From contig DATLLD010000109.1 of NCBI GenBank assembly GCA_035538035.1, positions 2,579-66,578 on the forward strand: a DNA stretch of 64,000 bases, read 5' to 3'. The DNA comes from Gemmatimonadaceae bacterium (GTDB lineage: Bacteria; Gemmatimonadota; Gemmatimonadetes; Gemmatimonadales; Gemmatimonadaceae). How positions within the stretch are numbered: the first letter of the stretch is position 1; each line of letters opens with the position of its first letter. Positions 39,590-51,122 of this stretch are shown here, piece after piece. The position numbers and the translations under genes were made by a program. The notes under the pieces are model-generated. The model was not told where the DNA came from and did not search any database. It saw nothing but the letters and a program-made list of their open reading frames with translations.

Positions 39590-41361
39590 GCTTCCACCCC
39601 AACGACGTCCAGCGTCGCGCGCGGATCGCGTCGGGTGTGTTCGCCGGCGCGTTCGTGCTCCTGCTCGGCTCGTTCTTCCGCACGCAGGTGCTGCAGAGCG
39701 CCCGCTACGTGACCCAGTCCGAGGAGAACCGGCTGCGCGAGGTGCCGCTGCCGGCACCGCGCGGCGTCATCCTCGACCGCACCGGCAAGGTCATCGCCGA
39801 GAACCTGCCGGGCTACTCGGTCTCCCTGCTGGCGCGCAACGAGGACTCGGTGCGCGTGACGATGAGCCGCATCGGCGAGCTGATGCGCGTGACGCCCGAG
39901 CAGGTCGGCAACGCGGTCCGCCGCTATCGCCGCGAGCCTTCGCGCCCGACTGTGCTCTTCGGCGACGCGGCGTTCGACCTCGTGTCCGTGCTCGAGGAAC
40001 GGCGGGTCGAGTTCCCCGGCCTCATCATCCAGTCGGCGCCCAAGCGCTTCTATCCGGCGGGCGCCGCGGTGGCGGCCTTCATCGGCTACACCGGCGAGGT
40101 CAGCGAGAGCGAACTGGGGCAGGAGCGCTTCAGCACGTACAAGGCCGGCCAGCAGGTGGGCAAGGACGGCATCGAGCGCCAGTACGAGTCGCGGCTGCGC
40201 GGGCGCGAGGGCAGCCGGTTCGTCGAGGTCGACGCGCGCGGGCGGGTCGTGCGCGAGAACGCGCGCGAGGACCTGCTCCCCGAGGGACCGCCGCCGCTCA
40301 TCACCAACATCGACCTCGACCTGCAGCTCGCGGCCGCCGAGATCTTCGGTGACTCGCTGATCGGCGGCGTGGTGGCGATGGACCCGCGCACGGGCGAGGT
40401 GCTGGCGCTGCATTCGGCGCCGAGCTTCGATCCCAACCGCTTCATCGGCGGCATCCCCTACGACTACTGGCAGGAGCTGCAGGCCGACAAGCGCCGGCCG
40501 CTCTACAACAAGGCCATCAAGGGCACCTACCCGCCGGCCTCCACGTGGAAGCTCGCCACCGCCATCGTCGCGATGGAGGAGGGCCTCGTGCGCATCAACG
40601 AGCGCATGCCGACGCCCTGCACGGGTGGCTACCAGTTCGGCAATCGCTACTTCCGCTGCTGGGACCACAAGGGCCACGGCGACGTGACGCTGGCGCAGGC
40701 CATCGAGAAGTCCTGCGACGTCTACTTCTACCAGCTCGGCCTCAAGCTCTCGCTGCAGAAGCTGGTGGCCGGCGGCATCCGCCTAGGCATGCGCGAGCGG
40801 TCGGGGATCGACCTCCCGGCGGAGACGCGGCCGCTGTTCCCCACCGATCCCGCGAAGGCGTACTACGACACGCTCTACGGCCCGCGCGGCTGGACGCAGG
40901 CGGTGAGCCTCAACCTCTCGATCGGCCAGGGTGAGAACTCGCAGACCGTCGTGAACATGGCGCGCTTCTACTCGGCGCTGGCGACGGACGGCTCCGCGCC
41001 GCGCCCGGAGGTGGTGCGTGGCGAGCCCGAGCGCAAGCAACTCTTCAAGCTCACCGGCTCGCAGTTGCGCGAGATCCAGTCGGCGCTCTTTGACGTGGTG
41101 GGGCGCGGCACGGCGGCGGGCTCGCGACTGCGCGGCATCAACGTCGCCGGCAAGACCGGCACGGCGCAGAACTCCGCCAGCCAGACGCTGGACCATGCCT
41201 GGTTCGTCGGCTACGCGCCCGCCGAGGACCCGCAGATCGTCGTGGCGGTGATGCTCGAGTTCGGCCTGCACGGTTCGCGCGCGGCGCGCATCGCCACGCG
41301 CATCATGGAGCGGTACCTGCACGCGCAGGTCATCTCCGTGCCGCCGACGGAGGGCGATTGA
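39586..41361 (+). CDS. mrdA: penicillin-binding protein 2
   Basis: APRGVILDR, STWK (SxxK), SCD (SxN-like) and KTG motifs. Confidence 0.95.
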   Translation: MSFHPNDVQRRARIASGVFAGAFVLLLGSFFRTQVLQSARYVTQSEENRLREVPLPAPRGVILDRTGKVIAENLPGYSVSLLARNEDSVRVTMSRIGELMRVTPEQVGNAVRRYRREPSRPTVLFGDAAFDLVSVLEERRVEFPGLIIQSAPKRFYPAGAAVAAFIGYTGEVSESELGQERFSTYKAGQQVGKDGIERQYESRLRGREGSRFVEVDARGRVVRENAREDLLPEGPPPLITNIDLDLQLAAAEIFGDSLIGGVVAMDPRTGEVLALHSAPSFDPNRFIGGIPYDYWQELQADKRRPLYNKAIKGTYPPASTWKLATAIVAMEEGLVRINERMPTPCTGGYQFGNRYFRCWDHKGHGDVTLAQAIEKSCDVYFYQLGLKLSLQKLVAGGIRLGMRERSGIDLPAETRPLFPTDPAKAYYDTLYGPRGWTQAVSLNLSIGQGENSQTVVNMARFYSALATDGSAPRPEVVRGEPERKQLFKLTGSQLREIQSALFDVVGRGTAAGSRLRGINVAGKTGTAQNSASQTLDHAWFVGYAPAEDPQIVVAVMLEFGLHGSRAARIATRIMERYLHAQVISVPPTEGD

Positions 41362-42608
41362 AGGGCCGCGCGATCCCCGCCGACTGGCCGCTCATGGCCC
41401 TCGCGCTGGCGCTCACGGCGTTCGGCATCGCGATGGTCTACTCGGCCGGCCAGACGGACGTGCCGAGCTTCGTGGCGGGGCTCTGGCGCCAGCAACTGGT
41501 CTGGTTCGCGCTCGGACTCGGCATGGCGTACGCCATCAGCCGCACCTCGGTGCGCTTCCTCGAGTGGTCGGCGCTGCCGGTGTACGCCGGCGCCTGCGCG
41601 CTGCTGCTCCTGCTCCTGTTCATCGGGAGCGGCGCGGGCACGGCCGCGAGCACCAAGAGCTGGCTCGCGATCGGCGGCGTGCGCCTGGGGCAGCCGTCGG
41701 AGCTGGCCAAGATCGCGGTCGTGGTGATGCTGGCGCGCGTGCTGGCCACGCAGCGCAAGGCGCCGACGACGCTGTTCGGGCTCTGGAAACCCGCGCTGAT
41801 CGTGCTGCTTCCGTGGCTCTTGATCATGGCACAGCCGGACCTCGGCACGGCGATCGTCTTCCTCGGCATCTTCTTCGCGATGCTCTTCTGGAGCGGGGTC
41901 GCGTGGCCGCTCATCGTGATGGCGGCGAGCCCGGCCGTCAGCTTGATCCTCGCGTTCGGTCCGGGCGTCTGGGGCGCCTGGTTCCTTGTCTTCCTCGCAA
42001 TCGTGGCCTGGTACCGGCCAGCGGTCGTGGAGGGCGTTCTGCTGGTCGCGGCCAACGTGGCCATGGGCGTCGTCGCGCCGGTGCTCTGGGAGCGGCTCAA
42101 CCCCTACCAGCAGCGCCGCCTGCTGGTGTTCCTCGACCCCTCCAGCGACCCGCGGGCGTCGGGCTACCACGTGATCCAGTCGCAGGTGGCGGTCGGGTCT
42201 GGCGGCCTCTTCGGCAAGGGCTTCACGGAGGGCTCGCAGAAGCGGCTCGCCTTCCTGCCGGAGCAGCACACGGACTTCATCTTCCCGGTGGTCGGTGAGG
42301 AACTCGGCTTTCTCGGCGTCGCGCTGGCGCTGATGCTCTTCCTGCTCTTCTTCACGCGCACCATTCGCATAGCGGCCCGCGCCACCAACCCGTTCGCGTC
42401 CCTCGTGGCGTTCGGCCTGACCGCCGCCTGGTTCACGCACGTGCTCGTGAACGTGGGCATGACCATCGGCCTGATGCCGATCACGGGCATCCCGCTGCCG
42501 TTCTTCTCCTACGGCGGCTCGTTCATGCTGGCCACCTGGATGGGTGTCGGGGTGCTCGCCCTCGTCTCGGCCGAAGGTCGCGGACGGGCCGACGGGCTCA
42601 TGCTGTAG
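41358..42608 (+). CDS. rodA: SEDS glycosyltransferase RodA
   Basis: Motifs QPSELAK, QPDLGT, PEQHTDFIF and GIPLPFFSYGGS. TTG start. Confidence 0.95.
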   Translation: MKGRAIPADWPLMALALALTAFGIAMVYSAGQTDVPSFVAGLWRQQLVWFALGLGMAYAISRTSVRFLEWSALPVYAGACALLLLLLFIGSGAGTAASTKSWLAIGGVRLGQPSELAKIAVVVMLARVLATQRKAPTTLFGLWKPALIVLLPWLLIMAQPDLGTAIVFLGIFFAMLFWSGVAWPLIVMAASPAVSLILAFGPGVWGAWFLVFLAIVAWYRPAVVEGVLLVAANVAMGVVAPVLWERLNPYQQRRLLVFLDPSSDPRASGYHVIQSQVAVGSGGLFGKGFTEGSQKRLAFLPEQHTDFIFPVVGEELGFLGVALALMLFLLFFTRTIRIAARATNPFASLVAFGLTAAWFTHVLVNVGMTIGLMPITGIPLPFFSYGGSFMLATWMGVGVLALVSAEGRGRADGLML

Positions 42609-42668
42609 CGGGAAACCGCGGGCGCAAGTCGCTTGCCCGACGCGGCTCCGACCCTGCACTATTCCCAG

Positions 42669-43532
42669 ATGGCTTGGTTCCGCAAAGACAAGAAACCCCG
42701 GCAGCCCCGGGCCCAGCGACTCGAGATCCCGGCAGACCTCTGGGAGAAGTGCGAGGCGTGCGGCCATACGGACATCCGCGAGAAGTTCATCAAGAACCAC
42801 AACGTCTGCCCGAGCTGCGATTATCATCGCCGGCTGCGGGCGCACGACTACGCGACCCTGCTGCTCGACGAAGGCTCGATCGACGAGAAGGACGTCAGCA
42901 TCGGCTCGCTCGACCCGCTCGAGTTCCCCGAATACCCGGCGCGCCTGCGGAAGGCGCTCAAGAACGCCGGCGACCATGACGCCATCCTCACCGTCTCCGG
43001 CCTCATGGACCAGATGCCGGTGAACATCGGCATCATGGACTTCGCGTTCATGGGTGGCTCGATGGGCTCGGTGGTGGGCGAGAAGATCGCCCGGCTCGGC
43101 CAGCGGTCGCTCGAGAAGAAGTGGCCGCTGATCATCCTCTCCGCGTCGGGCGGCGCCCGCATGCAGGAGGGCGTGCTCTCGCTGATGCAGATGGCCAAGA
43201 CCTCGGCCATGCTCTCGCAGCTCGCGGAACGGCGGATCCCCTATGTCTCGATCCTCACCAACCCCACCACGGGCGGCGTGAGCGCCAGCTTCGCGATGCT
43301 CGGTGATGCGATCCTCGCCGAGCCTGGCGCGGTGATCGGCTTCGCCGGCCCGCGCGTCATCAAGCAGATCCTCGGACAGGACCTCCCCGAAGGCTTCCAG
43401 ACGGCGGAGTTCCTGCTCTCCCACGGGATGGTGGACAGCGTGGTGCACCGGCACCAGCTCAAGCGCACGGTGGGACAGCTCCTGCGCCACATGAGTGGCA
43501 AGCCCGCGGCCACGGGGTGGGCGTCCGCCTGA
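42669..43532 (+). CDS. accD: acetyl-CoA carboxylase carboxyltransferase beta subunit
   Basis: Zinc finger WEKCEAC..CPSC, plus GGSMGSVVGEK and SGGARMQEG. Confidence 0.97.
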   Translation: MAWFRKDKKPRQPRAQRLEIPADLWEKCEACGHTDIREKFIKNHNVCPSCDYHRRLRAHDYATLLLDEGSIDEKDVSIGSLDPLEFPEYPARLRKALKNAGDHDAILTVSGLMDQMPVNIGIMDFAFMGGSMGSVVGEKIARLGQRSLEKKWPLIILSASGGARMQEGVLSLMQMAKTSAMLSQLAERRIPYVSILTNPTTGGVSASFAMLGDAILAEPGAVIGFAGPRVIKQILGQDLPEGFQTAEFLLSHGMVDSVVHRHQLKRTVGQLLRHMSGKPAATGWASA

Positions 43533-44812
43533 GCTCGCCCAGTTACCGCGCGGCGCTCGACTTCCTCTTCGCGCGCACGACCGGACAATGGCGGCTCGGA
43601 CTCGAGCGAGTGGAGGCTTTCCTCCACGAGCTCGGCGACCCGCACAGGCGCCTCCGCGTGATGCATGTGGCGGGCACGAACGGCAAGGGCAGCGTCTGCG
43701 CCGCGCTCGAGACGGTGCTGCGCGCGCGCGGGCTGCGCGTGGCCAAGTACACCTCGCCGCACCTCGTCGATTTCCGCGAGCGCTTCCTCGTCGACGGCCA
43801 GCCGGTGAGCGAACAGTCGATCATCGACTTCCTCGACCAGTGGACGCCGACCGTCGAACGACTCGGCGCGACCTTCTTCGAGGCCACGACGGCGATGGCG
43901 TTCCAGCTCTTCGCCGATGCGGAGGTGGACATCGCGGTGATCGAGACCGGACTCGGCGGCCGCCTCGACGCGACCAACGTCGTGACGCCGCTCGTGGCGG
44001 GCGTGACCGGCATCGCCATCGACCATGTCGAGTACCTCGGCACGACGCTCGAGGCCATAGCGCCGGAGAAGGCGGGGATCTTCAAGCCCGGCGTGCCCGC
44101 GGTCATCGGCGAGCCGGAGGAGCACATCCGGCACCTGCTCGCGTCGGAGGGCGCCCGCCTCGGCGCGTCGCCCATTCGCATCGTGGCGGAGGAGGGGCGC
44201 GCCGAGGGCATCACCGTGGGCGCCCATGGGACGAGCTTCACCTGGGTGCGCGGCAACGAGCGCCACGAGGTGACGACGGGGCTGCCGGGCCGTCATCAGG
44301 CCCTCAACGCGATGACGACGCTGACGATGCTCGACGCGTTGCCGGAACCGTGGCGCGTGGGGATTCCCGAGGCGGCGGCGAGCATGGCGAAAGTGCAGCT
44401 CCCGGGGCGCTTCTCGCGTCATGGGCAGTGGCTCTTTGACGTCGCGCACAATCCCGATGGGGCGGCGGTCACGGCGCTCACGCTGGGCGCCGTGGGTCCC
44501 GAGCGTCCCATCTGCGCGCTCGTGAGCGTGCTTGCCGACAAGGACTGGCGTGGCATGCTGCGGGCGCTCTCCGGCACGGTGGACCGGTTCCTCCTGACGA
44601 ACGCTCCGACGGCGCCGGCGAGCCGCGCGTGGGATGCAGCGGCGGCGCTCGACTTCGCTCGCGGCGAGGGTTGGACTGCCGACCTCGAGCCGGATTTCGA
44701 GGAGGCGCTGCAGCTCGCGCCGACGCTCGGCGCGACGGTGTTGGTGACAGGCTCGTTCCACACCGTCGGCGACGCCATGGCGCGGCTCAAGGTGCCGGCT
44801 ACGGCGGGGTAG
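43517..44812 (+). CDS. folC: folylpolyglutamate/dihydrofolate synthase
   Basis: Motifs HVAGTNGKGS, YTSPHL, ETGLGGRLDATN and DVAHNP. Confidence 0.96.
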   Translation: MGVRLSSPSYRAALDFLFARTTGQWRLGLERVEAFLHELGDPHRRLRVMHVAGTNGKGSVCAALETVLRARGLRVAKYTSPHLVDFRERFLVDGQPVSEQSIIDFLDQWTPTVERLGATFFEATTAMAFQLFADAEVDIAVIETGLGGRLDATNVVTPLVAGVTGIAIDHVEYLGTTLEAIAPEKAGIFKPGVPAVIGEPEEHIRHLLASEGARLGASPIRIVAEEGRAEGITVGAHGTSFTWVRGNERHEVTTGLPGRHQALNAMTTLTMLDALPEPWRVGIPEAAASMAKVQLPGRFSRHGQWLFDVAHNPDGAAVTALTLGAVGPERPICALVSVLADKDWRGMLRALSGTVDRFLLTNAPTAPASRAWDAAAALDFARGEGWTADLEPDFEEALQLAPTLGATVLVTGSFHTVGDAMARLKVPATAG

Positions 44813-44823
44813 CCAAGATTTAG

Positions 44824-44853
44824 TTGCCGCTCTCTCCGGCGACCGGGTAACTT
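44824..44853 (+). promoter_or_regulatory. sigma70-type promoter, probably leaderless, for hisS
   Basis: TTGCCG-N18-TAACTT-N6-ATG. Confidence 0.55.
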
Positions 44854-44859
44854 TGCTGG

Positions 44860-46248
44860 ATGAGTGCAGGAACGCTTCCCGGATTCCGTGATTTCTATCC
44901 CGACGAGCTGGCCCGCCGCGCGCATGTCTTCAGCGCCTGGCGGGCCGTAGCCCGTCGCTACGCGTTCGTGGAGTACGACGGGCCACCGCTGGAGCCCCTC
45001 GACCTCTACACCAAGAAGAGCGGCGACGAGATCGTCGGCCAACTCTACAACTTCACGGACAAGGGCGGCCGCGAGGTCGCGCTGCGCCCGGAGATGACGC
45101 CGACCTTCGCGCGCATGGTCGCGGCGCGCGCCAATGCGCTGCGCAAGCCGGTGCGATGGTTCTCGCTGCCCCAGCTCTTTCGCTACGAGCGCGCGCAGCG
45201 CGGGCGGCTCCGCGAGCACTACCAGCTCAACGTCGACATCGTCGGCGAGACGAGCGAGCTGGCGGACGCCGAGTTGCTCTGCGTGGCCATCGACGTGATG
45301 AAGGAACTCGGGCTCACGAGTGCGGACGTGCAGGCGCGCGTGAGCGATCGCCGCATGCTCAACGGCGTGCTGCTCACGCTCGGCGCCACGCCGGAGCAGC
45401 TGCCGGCCGTCTACACGGTCATGGACAAGATCGCGCGGCAGCCGCGCGCCGTCTCCGAGGAGAAGCTCGCCGCGGCAGGGCTCGCAAAGCCGCTGGCCGA
45501 CCGCGTGCTGGCGCTCGCCGGAGGCATCTCGTTCGACGAGCTGCGCACTGAGTTCGGCGAGGCGCCGGCGGCGCGCGAGCACATCGAGCGCTTCGGCCGC
45601 TACCTCGAGCATCTCGATGCGCTCGGCGCCAGCGACTGGGTGAAGCTGGACCTCTCGATCGTGCGCGGGCTGGCCTACTACACCGGCATCGTGTTCGAGC
45701 TCTTCGACGCCAAGGGCGAGCTGCGCGCCATCTGCGGAGGCGGCCGGTACGACACGCTGCTCAAGTCGCTCGGCGGCGTGGACCTGCCGGCGCTTGGCTT
45801 CGGCATGGGCGACGTGGTGCTGGGCGAGCTGCTCACCGCGCGTGGCCTCTGGCCGGCGGAGGGGCAGGATGCCGTCGACTTCCACCTCGTGGCGGGGAAT
45901 GGCGCGCTCAACCGGCCCTTTGCCGACGTGCTGCGGCTCATCACGTCTCTGCGCGGGGCGGGGTTCAGCGTGAATCACGGCATGAACGCCGAACGCTACC
46001 TCTCGCAGGCGACGCGCAACCAGGTGGATGGCGCGCGCAAGGCGGGCGCGAGCGCGGTGGTCTATTATCGCGAGGATGGGGCCGTGGAGGCGATGAGCCT
46101 GCTCGGCAAGATGACGGGGGCCGCGACGCACGCGGTGGATGCCGGCGCGGCGCTCATGGGCGACGCGACGGTGATGAGCGACCTCAGGCACTGGCTGCAC
46201 GCGCAGCGTGCGGGCTCGAGCACAACCGGAACGACGACGAATGGCTGA
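44860..46248 (+). CDS. hisS: histidine--tRNA ligase
   Basis: Motifs [36 protein letters not shown] and GGGRYD. Confidence 0.96.
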   Translation: MSAGTLPGFRDFYPDELARRAHVFSAWRAVARRYAFVEYDGPPLEPLDLYTKKSGDEIVGQLYNFTDKGGREVALRPEMTPTFARMVAARANALRKPVRWFSLPQLFRYERAQRGRLREHYQLNVDIVGETSELADAELLCVAIDVMKELGLTSADVQARVSDRRMLNGVLLTLGATPEQLPAVYTVMDKIARQPRAVSEEKLAAAGLAKPLADRVLALAGGISFDELRTEFGEAPAAREHIERFGRYLEHLDALGASDWVKLDLSIVRGLAYYTGIVFELFDAKGELRAICGGGRYDTLLKSLGGVDLPALGFGMGDVVLGELLTARGLWPAEGQDAVDFHLVAGNGALNRPFADVLRLITSLRGAGFSVNHGMNAERYLSQATRNQVDGARKAGASAVVYYREDGAVEAMSLLGKMTGAATHAVDAGAALMGDATVMSDLRHWLHAQRAGSSTTGTTTNG

Positions 46249-47746
46249 AGACAACAGCGACAACAAGAACAGCACCAGCAACGACAAGAAGCTCACGACC
46301 CGCGCCGAGGACTTCAGCGCGTGGTACAACGAGGTCGTGCTGCGCTCGGAGCTCGCCGACTATTCGCCCGTCAAGGGCTCGATGGTCATCCGCCCCAACG
46401 GCTACGGCATCTGGGAGCGCATGCAGCGCGCACTCGACGACATGTTCAAGGCGACGGGCCATGAGAACGCGTACTTCCCGCTGCTGATCCCGCAGAGCTT
46501 CCTGCAGAAGGAGGCGAGCCATGTCGAGGGCTTCGCGCCCGAGGTGGCGGTCGTCACGCATGGCGGCGGCAAGGAGCTCGAGGAGCCGCTGATCATCCGG
46601 CCGACGTCCGAGACGATCATCTACCACATGTTCGCCAAGTGGACGCAGTCGTACCGCGACCTGCCGATCCTCATCAACCAGTGGGCCAACGTCGTCCGCT
46701 GGGAGATGCGCACGCGGCTCTTCCTGCGCACGCTCGAGTTCCTCTGGCAGGAGGGCCACACCGCGCACGCCACGCACGACGAGGCGGAGGAAGAGGCGCG
46801 CCGCATGCTCGGCGTCTACCGCGAGTTCATGGAGGGCTGGATCGCCATGCCGGTGATCACCGGCCAGAAGACCGAGAGCGAGAAGTTCGCCGGCGCGCTG
46901 CGCACCTACTCGTGCGAGGCAATGATGCAGGACCGCAAGGCGCTGCAGGCGGGCACCTCGCACAACCTCGGGCAGAACTTCGCCAAGGCGTTCGACTTGA
47001 CGTTCCAGAACGAGGCGGGCGAGATGGCGCACGCCTGGAACACCTCGTGGGGCGTCTCCACGCGCATGGTCGGCGGGCTCGTGATGACGCACGGCGACGA
47101 CAACGGACTTCGCGTGCCGCCCAAGCTGGCGCCGGTCGAGATCGTGATCGTGCCGATCTTCCGCAAGGACGAGGAGCGCGACCGCGTGGTGGGCGCGGCG
47201 CAGAAGCTGCGCGAGGAGCTCATGGCCTGGACCGGCCGCGGCGCCACCGACCGCCTGCGCGTGAAGGTCGATGCCCGCGAGGGCATGAAGCCCGGCGCCA
47301 AGTACTATGAGCACGAGCTCCGCGGCGTGCCGCTGCGCCTCGAGCTCGGCCCCCGCGACCTCGACCAGAACAGCGTCATGACGGCGCGCCGCGACACGCG
47401 CGAGAAGGCGCCGCTCTCGATGGACGGGCTGGCCCCCGCGTTGGCGAAGATGCTGGACGCCATCCAGCAGCAGATGTTCGACGACGCCAAGGCGCGCCGC
47501 GAGGCGGCGACGTTCCGCGAGCCGATGTCCTACGACAAGTTCCGCGAGCTGATGGACGGCGAGGGCGGCTTCGTTTACGCCGGCTGGAATGGCGACCCGG
47601 CCATCGAGGCGCAGGTGAAGGAAGAGACGAAGGCCACGATCCGCGTGATCCCCGACCCGGAGTTCCGTTCCGCCGATGCCCCGCGCACCTGCATGATCAC
47701 TGGCCAGCCGGCCAAGCATGAGGTCGTGTGGGCGAAGGCGTACTGA
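46241..47746 (+). CDS. proS: proline--tRNA ligase (archaeal/eukaryote-like type)
   Basis: Motifs [45 protein letters not shown] and C-terminal AKAY. Confidence 0.97.
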   Translation: MAEDNSDNKNSTSNDKKLTTRAEDFSAWYNEVVLRSELADYSPVKGSMVIRPNGYGIWERMQRALDDMFKATGHENAYFPLLIPQSFLQKEASHVEGFAPEVAVVTHGGGKELEEPLIIRPTSETIIYHMFAKWTQSYRDLPILINQWANVVRWEMRTRLFLRTLEFLWQEGHTAHATHDEAEEEARRMLGVYREFMEGWIAMPVITGQKTESEKFAGALRTYSCEAMMQDRKALQAGTSHNLGQNFAKAFDLTFQNEAGEMAHAWNTSWGVSTRMVGGLVMTHGDDNGLRVPPKLAPVEIVIVPIFRKDEERDRVVGAAQKLREELMAWTGRGATDRLRVKVDAREGMKPGAKYYEHELRGVPLRLELGPRDLDQNSVMTARRDTREKAPLSMDGLAPALAKMLDAIQQQMFDDAKARREAATFREPMSYDKFRELMDGEGGFVYAGWNGDPAIEAQVKEETKATIRVIPDPEFRSADAPRTCMITGQPAKHEVVWAKAY

Positions 47747-49017
47747 GCGCGGCGTCCGGTTTCACCAGGGCAGGCGACACGCTGCTCTGTGATGGCGTCC
47801 CGGCCGAGCGCATCGCGCGCGAGGCCGGCACGCCCTGCTATGTGTACAGCGCCAGCGTCGTGCGTGACCGCTACGCGCGACTCACGGCCGCGCTGGCCGC
47901 GGTGCCGCACCGCGTGCACTACTCGCTCAAGGCCAACGCCAACCGCGGCATCCTCGGCGTGCTGCGCGAGGCCGGTTCCGGAGTTGACGTCGTCTCCGGC
48001 GGCGAGCTCTTCCGTGCGCTGCGCGCCGGGTTCCGCGGAGAGGACATCCTCTTCGGCGGCGTGGGCAAGAGCGAGCGCGAGCTGCGCGAGGCACTCGCCG
48101 CCAAGGTCAAGCTCATCAACGTGGAGTCAGAGGCGGAGCTGAGGCTGCTCGCGGAGATCGCGCGCGAGCTCGGCGTCGTAGCTCCGGTCGGCCTGCGGAT
48201 CAATCCGGAAGTCGACGTCGTCAACGCGCACCACTACATCGCCACCGGCGAGCGCGGGCACAAGTTCGGCATCGGCATCGGCGAGGCGCTGGCGGTCGGG
48301 CGCGTGGCGCTGGGGCTGCCGAGCGTGGCGCTGCTCGGGCTCGACATGCACGTCGGCTCGCAGCTCTCGTCGTTCGAGGCTTATCGCAAGGGCACCGAGC
48401 GCCTCGTCGCCGCGTCGCGCACGCTGCGTGCCGAGGGCGCGCCTATTCGTTATCTCGACGCCGGCGGCGGACTGCCCGTGCCGTACAACGGCGAGGAGGA
48501 GCCGGACCTCGCCGCCTACGGCCGTATCCTGGTCGAGGCCGCGCGCGCGCTCGGGGACGTGGAGCTGCTGGTGGAGCCGGGCCGTTTCTTCGTGGCCGCG
48601 GCGGGCGTGCTCCTCACCCGCGTGTTGTACCGCAAGCACTCGGGCGACAAGACCTACCTCATCTGCGACGCCGGCATGTCCGAGCTGCTGCGCCCGTCGC
48701 ATTACGACGCGTATCACCGTATCGAGCCGGTGACGGCGACCGACGGTGAGATCGTGGCCGACATCGTCGGGCCGGTCTGCGAGAGCGGCGACTTCCTCGC
48801 GCTCGACCGCACGATCGGCGATGTCCGACCGGGTGCACTGCTGGCGGTGAAGACCGCCGGAGCGTATGGGTTCGTGATGAGTTCGCACTACAACGCCCGG
48901 CCGCGCGTGGCCGAGGTGCTGGTGGATGGCGCGCGCTGGGCGGTCGTGACCGCGCGCGAACAGTACGAGGACCTGGTGCGGCAAGAGTCAGCGAGCCCCC
49001 TCTGGATGGAGAACTAG
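47728..49017 (+). CDS. lysA: diaminopimelate decarboxylase
   Basis: Motifs GTPCYVY, YSLKAN, HVGSQ, EPGR and GPVCESGD. Start approximate. Confidence 0.94.
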   Translation: MGEGVLSAASGFTRAGDTLLCDGVPAERIAREAGTPCYVYSASVVRDRYARLTAALAAVPHRVHYSLKANANRGILGVLREAGSGVDVVSGGELFRALRAGFRGEDILFGGVGKSERELREALAAKVKLINVESEAELRLLAEIARELGVVAPVGLRINPEVDVVNAHHYIATGERGHKFGIGIGEALAVGRVALGLPSVALLGLDMHVGSQLSSFEAYRKGTERLVAASRTLRAEGAPIRYLDAGGGLPVPYNGEEEPDLAAYGRILVEAARALGDVELLVEPGRFFVAAAGVLLTRVLYRKHSGDKTYLICDAGMSELLRPSHYDAYHRIEPVTATDGEIVADIVGPVCESGDFLALDRTIGDVRPGALLAVKTAGAYGFVMSSHYNARPRVAEVLVDGARWAVVTAREQYEDLVRQESASPLWMEN

Positions 49018-49527
49018 ATGCGTGTCGGGCTGATGGCGGATACCCACGACCGCGTGCCCGCGGTCGATGCGTTGCTCAAGGAGATGCTGAAGCGGGACGT
49101 GAACTTCGTCCTGCATGCGGGCGACTATTGCTCGCCGTTCGCGCTCAAGCCGTTCCAGGACCATGGCGTTGCCATGGCCGGCGTGTTCGGGCGCAATGAC
49201 GGCGACCCCGAGGGCATCCGTGCCTTCGCCGAGCAGGGCATGGGACAGGAGCTCTTCGAGTCTCCGCACAGCATCGCCTTCGGCGAGTACAAGGTGCTGA
49301 TCGTGCACGACATCGGCGACGTGGTGGAGCGTTCGGTGCTCGCCCACGCGTTCGTGATCCACGGCATGACGCACCAGCAGGAGATGAAGGTGCGCGACAA
49401 CACATTGATCGTGAACCCCGGCGAGGCGTGCGGCTGGATGCATGGATCACCGACGGCGGCGATCCTCGACCTCGATACCAAGCACGTCGAGTTCATCAAG
49501 CTCGATGCGGCGGAGTGGAAGACGTGA
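49018..49527 (+). CDS. YfcE-type metallophosphoesterase
   Basis: Motifs DTH, HAGD, GRND, HGMTH and NPGE. Confidence 0.88.
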   Translation: MRVGLMADTHDRVPAVDALLKEMLKRDVNFVLHAGDYCSPFALKPFQDHGVAMAGVFGRNDGDPEGIRAFAEQGMGQELFESPHSIAFGEYKVLIVHDIGDVVERSVLAHAFVIHGMTHQQEMKVRDNTLIVNPGEACGWMHGSPTAAILDLDTKHVEFIKLDAAEWKT

Positions 49528-51092
49528 CGAGTTCTTTTGGCACGCATGATGGTTCACGGATTCTGATCCTCGACTGCGGTTCGCAGTTCACCCAGCTCAT
49601 CGCGCGGCGCGTGCGCGAGGCGCGCGTCTTCTCCGAGATCCACCCGTGGACGGTGAGTCTCGACTGGATCCGCGCCTGGAAGCCGACGGGGATAATCCTC
49701 TCGGGCGGTCCGAGCTCGGTCACCGACATCGGCGCGCCGACCTTCGACCCGGCGATCCTCGACGTCGCGCCGGTGCTCGGCGTCTGCTACGGCATGCAGT
49801 GGATCGCGCATCACGCCGGCGCCCAGGTGGTGGGCGCTGGGCGCCGTGAGTATGGGCGCGCCGAGCTCGCGGTCGTCGAGCCGGCCGGGCTCTTCGCCGG
49901 CTTCGAGGAGGGTGAGCGATCCACCGTCTGGATGAGCCATGGCGATCACGTGGAGTCGGTGCCGGAAGGCTACGTCCTCACGGCGACGAGCCTCGGTAAT
50001 CCCGTCGTCGGCATCAGGCACAAGACCAGGCCGATCCACGCCATCCAGTTCCACGCCGAGGTCGCGCACACCGTGCGCGGTGCGGCCATCATCGAGAACT
50101 TCCTCTTCGGCATCGCCGGGTGCACGCCCGACTGGACGCCGGGCCACTTCATCGACGTCGAGGTCGCGCGCATCCGCGAACTCGTGGGCGACCGGCAGGT
50201 CATCTGCGGCCTCTCGGGCGGCGTGGACTCATCCGTGGCCGCGGCGCTCGTGCACAAGGCGATCGGTGACCAGCTCACCTGCATCTTCGTGGATACCGGC
50301 CTGCTGCGCATGCACGAGCGCGAGCAGGTGGAGCTCACGATGGGGAAGCACCTCGGCATTCGCCTGATCACCGTGCGCGCCGAGGAGCGTTTTCTTGGCG
50401 CGCTCGCCGGCCTCGACGACCCGGAGAAGAAGCGGAAGGCCATCGGACACGCGTTCATCGACGTGTTCGAGGAGGCGTCCGAGGCGGCCGGCAAGGACGC
50501 CGCCTTCCTCGTGCAGGGCACGCTCTACCCTGACGTGATCGAGTCGGTGAGCGCCAAGGGAGGGCCGAGCGCCGTCATCAAAACGCACCACAATGTGGGT
50601 GGCCTCAAGCCGGACATGAAGTTCAAGCTGATCGAACCGCTGCGCGAGCTGTTCAAGGATGAGGTGCGGAACGTCGGCCGCGAGCTCGGGCTGCCCGAGG
50701 AGATGGTGGGCCGGCATCCGTTCCCGGGCCCCGGCCTCGCGATCCGCGTGCTCGGCGCGGTGGATCCGGTGAACGTCGAGACGCTGCGGAAGGCCGATGC
50801 GATCTACCTCGAGGAGATCCGCGCCGCCGGCCTCTACAACGAGATCTGGCAGGCGTTCGCCGTCTTCCTGCCCGTGCGTTCCGTGGGCGTGATGGGCGAC
50901 GGTCGCACCTACGAGCACGTGATCGCGCTGCGAGCGGTGACGAGCACCGACGGCATGACGGCGGACTGGTATGCGTTCCCGCACGAGGTGCTGGGGCGGA
51001 TCTCGAGCCGGATCATCAACGAGGTGCCGGGCATCAACCGCGTCGTGTACGACGTGAGCTCCAAGCCGCCGGCGACGATCGAGTGGGAGTGA
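49524..51092 (+). CDS. guaA: GMP synthase (glutamine-hydrolysing)
   Basis: Motifs [30 protein letters not shown] and KPPATIEWE. Confidence 0.98.
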   Translation: MTSSFGTHDGSRILILDCGSQFTQLIARRVREARVFSEIHPWTVSLDWIRAWKPTGIILSGGPSSVTDIGAPTFDPAILDVAPVLGVCYGMQWIAHHAGAQVVGAGRREYGRAELAVVEPAGLFAGFEEGERSTVWMSHGDHVESVPEGYVLTATSLGNPVVGIRHKTRPIHAIQFHAEVAHTVRGAAIIENFLFGIAGCTPDWTPGHFIDVEVARIRELVGDRQVICGLSGGVDSSVAAALVHKAIGDQLTCIFVDTGLLRMHEREQVELTMGKHLGIRLITVRAEERFLGALAGLDDPEKKRKAIGHAFIDVFEEASEAAGKDAAFLVQGTLYPDVIESVSAKGGPSAVIKTHHNVGGLKPDMKFKLIEPLRELFKDEVRNVGRELGLPEEMVGRHPFPGPGLAIRVLGAVDPVNVETLRKADAIYLEEIRAAGLYNEIWQAFAVFLPVRSVGVMGDGRTYEHVIALRAVTSTDGMTADWYAFPHEVLGRISSRIINEVPGINRVVYDVSSKPPATIEWE

Positions 51093-51122
51093 CAGTGACT
51101 CCCACGCAGCGCGCCCGGTAGC

